Origin: Tubulanus polymorphus
Taxonomy: Eukaryota; Animalia; Nemertea
Direction of reading: 5' to 3'
NCBI RefSeq assembly: GCF_964204645.1
Contig: NC_134026.1
Span: forward strand, 16,836,150 to 16,900,149
DNA: 64,000 bases
How positions within the stretch are numbered: the stretch's first letter is position 1; each line of letters opens with the position of its first letter. The notes beneath the pieces are model-generated. The model did no database searches and was not told the origin of the DNA. It was given only the letters and a program-made list of their open reading frames with translations. Position numbers and translations under genes: made by a program. Positions 47,558 through 57,637 of this stretch are shown one piece after another.

Positions 47558-48901
47558 ATGGATGAGAAGATAGCATGCGAAATTTGTGGTGAACTTCTAA
47601 GAAAAAGTAATATGGCTCGACATATGAAAAAACATGATGAAAATTATAAACCCCCTAAAATAAACTGTCCAAAATGTAATAAATTATTCTCAAGAAATTA
47701 TGTTAAAACACATTCAGAGAAGTGTAAAATTAATGGCGCAACGGCTAATGTTGATAGTAACGAAAGTAATAGTAATTCTGTTGAAGTTGAACCTGAAGTT
47801 ATTTGGAAAAGACCTTTCTTATTCTATGATAAGGATAATATAAAAGATCATTTCTGTGAGCCTTGTCGAATAAAATATAGCCCTGAAAATATAGAAGATT
47901 GGGAGAATCATCAATTTCGTAAAGCACATATAGATAAAATTTCTAATAAATTTGAAGCAGAATTCAATGAAAGAAAAAATAATATATTAGAAAAAATAAA
48001 ATATGAGAAAACGTTACCAGATAATAAAGAAACACTTGAAAAGTTGGAAAAACAATATAATGAATTAACAAGAAAAACATATTATTGTAAATATTGTAAA
48101 TTGATTATTACAACAAGTAATTCAAATCTACATAATAGAACAATAAAACATAAAGAAAACGTAAGAAAATACCAGGAGCTTAATGAAGATCTATTACCAA
48201 TAAATTATAAACAAAAATGCCCACAATGTAGTTATGCGACCTTAAGGCAAGAAGGTACTGTGTTATTTTGTAATGAATGTGGATGGCAAAAGAATTTATG
48301 GGGTGAAGAAAAAACTAGAGATTTTCTCATAGATCCAAAATTAAATTATCTAGATGAAATTTTTAAAATATTTTCTATAGAAGATCATACACCAGAATAT
48401 ATGCAATGGCTTGAAAAAATGAAAATGATAGATAATAAAAATGGTGAAATAACTAAAAAAGATATTATAAAAACAATTATTCCATCAACATTTAACACAA
48501 AACAAAAGAAAATGTATTTATATTTATTATTTAACGATTATTATGAAAAACCTAAATTAACAGAAGAAGATATGGAAAATATTAAAAAAATATTTAAACA
48601 AATATTAATGTATCATTTGGAAAATAGAATAACAGATTCAATAAATTATGAATTCTTTTTAAATAAGATTGTAAATTATTTAAACATAGATATTCCATTA
48701 ATAATTCCATTAATAATTCCATTTGATGAATTAACAAACAAAAAGAAACAAAGAGAGCGAGATGAAATGTGGTACAAGATAGAACTTTATTTAAATGAGA
48801 AAAATGAAATGGAAGAACCTAAACAAATTATACAAGAACAATTAAATGAAAATGAAGAAGCCAATAGTGATTTCGAGTTTGATGATATTGATCCATTTTA
48901 A
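47558..48901 (+). CDS. Multi-zinc-finger protein with VLTF3 (poxvirus A2-like late transcription factor)-like C-terminal domain
   Basis: Four CxxC...H fingers, a CPQC...CNECG ribbon, then SINYEFFLNKIV...KKKQRERDEMWYKI; 447-aa intact ORF. Confidence 0.65.
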   Translation: MDEKIACEICGELLRKSNMARHMKKHDENYKPPKINCPKCNKLFSRNYVKTHSEKCKINGATANVDSNESNSNSVEVEPEVIWKRPFLFYDKDNIKDHFCEPCRIKYSPENIEDWENHQFRKAHIDKISNKFEAEFNERKNNILEKIKYEKTLPDNKETLEKLEKQYNELTRKTYYCKYCKLIITTSNSNLHNRTIKHKENVRKYQELNEDLLPINYKQKCPQCSYATLRQEGTVLFCNECGWQKNLWGEEKTRDFLIDPKLNYLDEIFKIFSIEDHTPEYMQWLEKMKMIDNKNGEITKKDIIKTIIPSTFNTKQKKMYLYLLFNDYYEKPKLTEEDMENIKKIFKQILMYHLENRITDSINYEFFLNKIVNYLNIDIPLIIPLIIPFDELTNKKKQRERDEMWYKIELYLNEKNEMEEPKQIIQEQLNENEEANSDFEFDDIDPF

Positions 48902-51900
48902 TAACCATAAGGTAATGTTTTTATACCATCATCTGAAATATGTCTTTTATCGTCAAATGGATTCAAACTAGTTTTTTCAACTTCATTAATGTACATCTCG
49001 TGATCTTCTGATCTTAAACAATTCATTTTATGTTTCATTACAATTGAGTTATATAAACACTTTATATAATCTTGAAATTCTATATGTTTATCAACCACAT
49101 GTTTTGTTATTCCTTTTAACTTTTTAGCTTCATGATCTTTTGTTCTATAACTATACATTTTACTTCTTATCCCAACAAATTCAGTCATTTCATCACCCCC
49201 AAATTCATCTTTAAACTTACCAGGAATCTTTTTATTATCATTGCTAAATAGTTCATGATCTTTGGGATAATTGCTAAAATCAAAATGATGTTTTAATGTT
49301 TTTAAGTCTTTTGTTATGTCATTTGTCTTGATTTTTAGTATGTAGGCGTCCGTTTTTTTGGATTAATGGGAACCCAGAATTGAATGTTCCATCATCTGTT
49401 GATAAATCATAAACATAGTCAGTTGGGTTATATATTTCAAATAAATCTTTAACTTCTTCAGTTAAATCTTTTTCTACATGCCTTAAATTAAAACAATTTG
49501 GTTTAGATTTAATTAATTCTATATTCATATTAAATCCTAATGAACTGCATAATATATTCAATCCTGATATAGCAACTTTTCCTTTCTGTGCAAAGGTTAT
49601 CTTTTTATCCTTTGTATATTTTTTAGTTCCATCTGCGGCATAGAATCCAATGAAGAACCATTTTCTTAAATTATTTTTTGCATTTAATACATAATCTGGA
49701 ACTATATTTTCTTTAGTTGAAGTATTACTTTTCACTATTGCATGAATATAGAATTCATCATTATATTTTATAGCAAAATCTTTAGGATTATTCACAAGTA
49801 TTCTATAAACTGCTGATGATTTCATAACATCCATAATTTTAAATGTTTTATTTGGATAAACTTCTTCACAGAATTTCTTTATTCTTTCTAATAATTTTAA
49901 GTCTTGATTGCATAAATACCAACAATATTTATTACCCCAAACATAATTATACACACCTGCTGAACCATCTCCCATGAAAAATCCTTTGATAAAATATTCT
50001 TTTTCTTCTAATGTTTTGGGTTCTATATTATAAATATTATCAATTATTTCATCAAATGACATATGATTCATTCTTTGGAAAAATCTTTTATGTAATAATT
50101 CATCTCCAATTTTTATATCAGTTGGTTTTATTTCATCGCCTTTTCGTTTAATTAAGCTATGATCTTCTGTAACATCTACAAATCCTAATTTAGTTCTAAC
50201 TCTATAGATTTTCTTATTTGTTTTATGCCTAATAATATTCTTTAATTTTTTCCATCCATTTCTTGTCCAAACATCCATTAATTCATTTATTTGTATTAAT
50301 TCTTTTTCACCATATGAAATATAACATTCATTTTGTTTTGGAATTATTTCTGAAATTCTTCTTATCAATATTTTATCATTACATTTTAATAATATTGGGG
50401 TGTCAGCTGTTACAGAGTCAAAATATAATATTTCAATATGCTTTTCCCCAAAAAGTGGTTGTAAAACATTATAATAAAAATCATACATTAATAATTTTGA
50501 TACTTCTAAAACAGTTGAACCAATGAATATAGGTTTATTAAATTTCATTGACGTTCTTTTTAATTTAACTGCTGTTAAATAATCTTCAAATCTTTTATTT
50601 CCTAAATGTCTAGGACTTGATTGTAAATGTCTTAATCTTTCAGAATTATTTACTAATTCAATATCATTTCTATTTCTAATATTTTCACATGTTTTTCCAT
50701 AAAAACTATTGTTCATTAATTTAAAAAAATCTTTTTCGAAATCTGTTTTTGATATGGTTCTCTGTTGAGTATTAAAATCTATATATTTTTCTAACCACTT
50801 CGATTGATTAAATTCAATATATCTATGTACTTTCTTTAATTTCATTCCTTGTTTTAGATAAAATTTTAACATTCTATAATGAACAATATAATTGTATTTA
50901 TTATTTTGAGTAAGTATTAATTTTTCTGTAAAAACATGATCTTTCGGTTTTATTTTCTTCTGGTATTCACTTAAATAACTATCATCTACAGTTAAATGTT
51001 CTGGGCAATAAGGTAAGTTTCTTGGTTTAAACTTTATATTTTCAGGATATTCTAAATCAACTACAAAGAAATAACCAATTGGTGCTCCATCTTTTAAACT
51101 CGCAATTGCGCTTTCCCAATCAGTTTTATCATCATTTTCAACTTCTGTTAATATAACATTTTTATATGGTTGAGGTTGCATCATTGCCCAACCATATAAA
51201 TTATTGGCGTCAATATATAATAATTTATATTCATCATTTGCTTTAAAATATCTATCTCCAATAACACCACTAATTCCACCTCTAATTAATTTTTCAAATA
51301 ATAAAAGCATGTCTGGTTCTTTTAATAAATCTAATTCTACATTTGTATATTTTAAACCACATTGCAAGGTTAAACCAGGACTTGAATAACAATAACAAGG
51401 ATCAACATTAAAATGATTCAAATTAACTTCTCTAAATTTTTCAAATATGTCAGCCAATATCATAACATCTGATTTTAAATATAAATCAACTAATTCACCA
51501 TGATTTTTCATCTTAAAATGGTTCCAAATATTTAATGTTCTATTAAACACTTCGTCTTTCACATACTCCTCTTTTAATTGATCATAAAATTGATCTTTTA
51601 ATAATTCTGTTACATTAAAATCATTGTGTGTTTTATAAAATGAATAAGGAATTGCGCCTTTATATCTCAATAATTTAAAATCTTGTTCATTTGGATAATA
51701 ATATCGAGTTATAACAAAATCATTATCAACTAAACTTTTTGATAAATTATCTAATGAACTTGCTAGAAATCTATAAGAATATAAAAATCTGATGCAACCA
51801 AATTGAAATGAAATATAATTTTCAGATGTTTTAGCTAATAGTTTAAAATCATATTTTCTTACATTTACACCATTCATAGCATTATATTCTTCTATTTCTT

Positions 51901-52640
51901 GATTAATTGCGCCCAATTTTCCCGATAATTGTTTTATAAATAGATGGGTATCATAGCCTGACAAATTATGAAATAATATTAGTACGAAATTAACTTTCTT
52001 AGCTTGTAAATTGCAATCTTCATGAGCAGCTCCACGATATTTTGAATTTAAATGATCATGATCTCTAACTTTTTTATCAAATGAATAAAAACGTTTTTCA
52101 CAATAAAAACAATGAGTTGCATAATTAAAATCAATTTCATCTTCTTTTGTCATAACTATTCTTTTATTTTTGTTTAATAATTTTGCAAAATCACTTTCTA
52201 ATTCAATCATTTTATCACAAAAATCATTAACTACATTTTCACCTCTAAAAGAAATTTATTGACTTTCATATAATTCAGGATAATTTGATTTTATATAAAT
52301 TCCATAAGCAGCAGCTCTTTGATGAACTTTTTTAATTGTATTTATAATTGGCGGGTCTTGTATTGTGTCTTCATTTAATTCATTTCCTTTATCCATTGAT
52401 TTTAATAATAATATTTTTGTTATATATTTCTTTTCTATCTTGATCAGTTAATTCTTTATTCAACGATTCAAAATCCCCATAAATTACAAATGGAACAATA
52501 TTTTTAAATTTATGATTAGTAAATTTCAATTTATAATCTTTTTCTGTTGGCATTATTAATTTGCAAAAATCTTTATTATCACATAATTCTTTATGTTTTA
52601 GTAACGCATTCTCAGTTCTAAATTTAGATAAACATTTTCT
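48898..52640 (-). pseudogene. Protein-primed PolB of element 2, intein-containing, 5'-truncated and frameshifted
   Basis: YIDANNLYGWAM, KLMNNSFYGK, YFD-[intein]-TDAYILKIK; C-terminal piece 48898-49188. Confidence 0.95.
49352..50416 (-). mobile_element. Intein (355 aa) with LAGLIDADG homing endonuclease in PolB motif C
   Basis: Block A SVTADTPILL, B VDVTEDHSL, C FIKGFFMGDGS, E FFIGFYAADGT, F YVYDLST, G ...QKN; absent from element 1 YLDTDS. Confidence 0.95.
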
Positions 52641-53658
52641 TCAAAAATGTGGTATTCAAAGAAAAAAAAAAAACGTCTTTCAGTAAATTATTGCCATGGC
52701 TTTCGCCGCGGAATAATTGAAACATTATTTTGAGCCATTTTCAGCTGTTTCTAATGTTTTACGTGAGCGGAATGACAATTTGAAGTTACTATGAAAATGA
52801 GATGAGTCAGTGCTATTTTTTCGTACTCCTATTTTCGATCCATTTTACTAGCATTGGCATGACGTCAACCAATGCTATAAATCATTACATGCAGTAAAAA
52901 CAAGAAACGAAATTCTTAATATGGACTTTCCTAAATTTACTGAGTGTATGTTTATAATCAGCATCAAAATTAAACATTGGTAGTCAAGATTAGAGGTTAT
53001 AAGCAGAACAAATAAAAAATAGTGAAAACTACTGGACGTATCGGGCCCACTCCGCGCGGTAATTACGCGAAGCAGCAGAACACAAACATGGCCACTCTCT
53101 CAATTTTCAATGATAGAAATCGTGTGTGCATTTCAATTATTTCGGCTGTTAGGGTTTTAAGGCACAATATAAGTTGATGATGTGATATGGCGATGTTAAT
53201 TAATGATAATTCCGCAGTGAAGCTAGTCACGAACGGTGCCGATTGAGTGTACAGCTGCCAAAAACACTGAAATGTGCGTAGTTGCGTAACTATTTGCAGT
53301 GAATTGCAGACGAAACATGAAGCCTTAACAGCCGTTTAAAAAAAAATTATATCAATCGCAATTGTAATATGAAAATGAGATAGAACCTAAGTTAAAATTC
53401 TGGCCATTTCTAATATGTTATTACTAATTTTTAGTCAGTGCGGAACGTTTAGTTTTCCAACAATAATGAGGGGTGGTAGGTAGTCATGCAATTCAAGTCA
53501 TCATTTATTACACGTTACTTCCGTGTTGTTGAAAATCTCGCGAGTCCTGGACCAAATCCCAATGAACAATGTGATCTGTGTGCTGGCCACAAATGCACAC
53601 AGATCACACTTGTCACCCTGATATAATTTGCATATTTCATAATCATATAGATCTACAA

Positions 53659-53708
53659 TGTCATATCGAACAGTTCATAATATTTCATAGCTCTACTACA
53701 TATTAATG

Positions 53709-53750
<42 letters not shown>

Positions 53751-54127
53751 TAATATAACTTATGACTATAGTGTCAATATGTGCTTTAAGGTCGTAATCA
53801 ACATGTGACACTACTCAATATGTTTTCACAATAATTAGCTATAGTCAGTGCTCATCGATAATTAATTAATGTCTCTCAAACATGTCACTAGGTGTTTGTT
53901 TGTGAGTCCTGATGTCTACAACTTGTCTGACACCTAGTTCTCACATTATACTCATGATTCTGTATATAAAGACTGTGTAAAGCTATGATAATCATTTCTC
54001 ATTCCGGGATGCAATAAAGATTGTACATATAAGGTTTAACTGCCTTGTTGTTCCTGATGGATGGAATCCTGTACCGCTGGTTCCGATGGATGGAATCCTG
54101 TTCCCCAGCCAGCCTGCCGATACAACA
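53659..54127 (+). repeat. Possible solo LTR containing an (AAT)n microsatellite (~53709-53758)
   Basis: TGTCATATCG...CGATACAACA imperfect terminal IR, TATATAAA and AATAAA inside; flanks ACAA/ACCA are only an imperfect TSD. Confidence 0.35.
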
Positions 54128-55844
54128 ACCAGCCGGTTACACACTACACTACCCATTACACACTCCAGTACCCACAGCTTTCATATATCCATCCAAATAT
54201 TTAGTGTCTTTCTTCCTGGATTGAATTCAAATGATGGGAGACGACTGACTTTTTACAGACAATTAAATCAAAAGTCAGTATGGAAAATATCAAGAAACAA
54301 GAGGCCCACGGGCGTATTACCTTCATGATGCAGTAGAAGAAGAATGATTCAGTATTCAAAGTTTTACAGAAAGATTTACATTAATGTAATGATGTAACAA
54401 GTTTTAAAATTGTTAAGATGGTATAGGCAATGTGGCAATAATGTTCATTTTCTGTTAATATATCCTTACATGAAAAGACAAGCCCATTTTGGCTGCCCCA
54501 GACATCACACTACATGAAAAAAATGCATAAATAATTGTAGGCATCGCATGTGCTGAAAAGAAATCCAAGATGGATGGCAACCCTGGCGGCCATACTTGAT
54601 CTCCATTTTTTTTAAGGGGTAGACATCTCACCTACCAAAATTCTTACACTTAGTATCATGAAAGAGGATCAAGAATTCCAGGGCATTTCGTGCTAGAAAT
54701 TCAAGATGGCTGCCTTGGCAGCCATATTTGAAAGCTGACGACCTCCATATACAATAGGCATGGAAAGCTTACCTACCCTGATCCTAACACCAAATTTTGC
54801 AGAAATCCATCAAGAATTGCAAACTGCATCGAGCAAACAAGAAATTCATGATGGCCACCCTACTGGCAGCCATATTTGATCACCAATGACCTTTTTTTAC
54901 AATAGGGGTGGACATCTCGCCAGACCCAATCTTCAAGCTAATTTCAAAAAACATTCACCACAAATTTCAGGCAAATTGCTGTGTCAAATTCACTTCAATT
55001 CTATACACATCTGAGGGCATGGCTTAGGCCTATGCTATATGAGTCAATTACAATTCGAAAGACCAGCACAGAGGCCTATTCAAATCACATGTAAAACAAA
55101 AATCCATTACTTCTTAGTTTGTTTTCCCTGTCAGTGATTTATATTATTGTTTACACGTTTTAAACAGCTGATACAACCGCTCCTCCGTGCTGTGCCTAGG
55201 TCAATCATCTTAATTGATTCATATAGGCCTACTAAAATGCTCACTATGAACAAACTATTTGGTGAATCAATCCGGAATTTTTCAACAGAATATCAGACAC
55301 TAGGTACCTTGCTTGAAAGCTTTATTTGCAGTTTGTCATTAACAATCAGTTATGTAATACTTCATTCATGACTTTGAAGCGGCGCGCTGACAACGAATGC
55401 TCAAGCAAGGTCAGTCACGTAGGCCAATGATAACACGAAACAGACCGCAGTTTTCCCGTCTGTCCACATAAATTATAGGGACTATAATGCACCATTTGTT
55501 GACACTAACCTTTAATAAACTTCGTATGGATACAATCGAGATAATTCCACCCTATAATTCCACTAATCAACTTGAATTGCAAGTGTTGACTCATGAGAAA
55601 TGATCGAAATCTAGAGATTTGATTGGGAAAATAACAGCACTATAGTTCAAAAAAGTTTATAAACCACCTCTGACTGTCTTATTTAAAAGCTTAAACCAGG
55701 TGGACTCAGCCGCCGTGATTCGGCCATTCAACGATAGAAACTTTCCCATGGTCTTACCATCGACATTTTCTAATAATCTAGGGAAATTTTGGTTTCCATA
55801 GACAAGTGGCTGTCCAATATCAATAGTCGACAAAAACCCACAAT

Positions 55845-57588
55845 AAACTAGGGGTCCAGGGACACCATGCCCACTTGGGAATTGGTTTCAAATGCTCAAC
55901 AATCTAACAATTTCAATACATAACGCCCCCTAGTGACCATATACAAAAACCAATCACCTTGAAACCCACCACAATCATAGAACATGTCAGCAGCTATGAT
56001 TTTGTAATTGATTGTGATAACAAAATTTGCCTCGTTACCAATTTAATATGGAAATACTAAGTTATTCAAGCCCCCTGGTGACCATATGCTAAACCCAATG
56101 ACCTTAAAACTCACCTCAATAGTAGTACATGTCATGAAATACAACTTTGCAATTGATCATGGTAACAAAATATGCCTACGTACCAATCTAATAAGGAAAT
56201 ACTAAGCTTTTCTACTATTCAAGGCCCCTGGTGACTATATGGAATAACTAATGTCCTTAAAACTCACCAAATTCATGGAAGATGTCATGAGCTACAACTT
56301 TGCAATTGATCATGGTAACAAAATATGCCTAGGTACCAATCTAATGAGGAAATACTAAGCTATTCTACTATTCAAGGCCCCCTAGTCACTATATGGAATA
56401 ACTAATGTCCTTAAAAACTCACCACAATCATAGACGATGTCATGAACTACAACTTTGCAATTGATCATGGTCACAAAATATAGCTAGGTACGAATCTAAT
56501 AAGGAAATACTAAGTTATTCTACTATTCAACGCCCCCTGGTGACCATATAGAATAACTTATGTCCTTAAAACTCACCAAAATCATGGAAGATGTCATGAG
56601 CTACAACTTTGCAATTGATTGTGGTCACAAAATATAGCTAGGTACGAATCTAATAAGGAAATACTAAGTTATTCTACTATTCAACGCCCCCTGGTGACCA
56701 TATAGAATAACTTATGTCCTTAAAACTCACCAATATCATGGAAGATGTCATGAGCTACAACTTTGCAATTGATTGTGGTAACAAAATATGCATAGGTACA
56801 AATATAATATAGAAATACTATAAAAATAAAGTATAATATAATATAATATAAATAAAGTTATTGTATTATTCAATGCCCCCTGGTGGCCACATACAAAAAC
56901 CAATGACCTTGAAACTCACCAAAATCATAGAACACGTTATGGGCTACAACTTTCCAATTAAATATAGTAACACAATATGCTTAGGTATCAATTTAATGTG
57001 GAAAAACTTTTTCCCACCTACGAATGAGTACTGATGACACAAAGATGGCCACAAATTGCGTCATAATTGGCGGATCAAAAATACCTGTCTCAGGTATAAA
57101 ACATGCCTTTACAAAGAATACCCATCACAAATTGCAATGAGAAATGGCAAACCAGTAGGAAGCTACAGGACCTAGAATTCTGGCCAAAATTGACATTTTT
57201 GGCCACTAAAAAGGTCATCGGACGGCCATATTGAGTCAGATCGGCCCTTGGTAGATTCAAATAAAATCAATAGATCAAGGTAATTGATCAAAGCGTCTTC
57301 AAAATTTCCCTCGAAAACTTCGAAAATGTGTAAAAAGTATTGATTTTGGCGAACAACAATGGCTGCAAGTCGACCAACTTGAATCTGAAAGGGCCAGTTT
57401 TTGGGCTGAAGATGTGTCTAGGGTAGATACATGTATGAACCAAATATCAAGACATTAGGCCTTGAAGCGTCTTCAAAACTTCCCAAAATAACTGGATTCC
57501 GTCTACGGACGGACGCACGCTACAACGGACGGACGGACGAAAAGTGAACGCAATAGCCCGCTGGGACTAAAGTCCCGAGTGGGCTAAA
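55845..57588. mobile_element. Full HINE/pearl-like family A element with expanded ~150-bp core repeats
   Basis: AAACTAGGGGTCCAGGGACACC start, tandem TACAACTTTGCAATTGAT units, (ACGG)n, terminal hairpin, A/T-run insertion site with no TSD. Confidence 0.85.
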
Positions 57589-57637
57589 AATACTTTTTTA
57601 TTGTGGGTTTTTGTCCACTATCTAGGGAAATATTTAA

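Larger units (their letters stand above)
33481..52640. mobile_element. Decayed Maverick/Polinton (element 2), right end truncated inside pPolB, interrupted at 42390-46495
   Basis: Left terminus AGTAATTAGAAGATGG matches the 8885 remnant terminus; homologs of most element 1 genes, many with stops or frameshifts; pPolB similarity ends at RKCLSKF (~52640). Confidence 0.93.

Noticed and set aside
10325-52640. Prokaryotic prophage or free giant-virus contig
   Set aside because: 6-bp TSD, rve integrase and flanking or nested eukaryotic TEs show these are endogenous Mavericks in a eukaryotic chromosome
52641-53600. Right TIR and TSD of element 2
   Set aside because: No inverted copy of the 33481 terminus seen; pPolB similarity ends abruptly at ~52640
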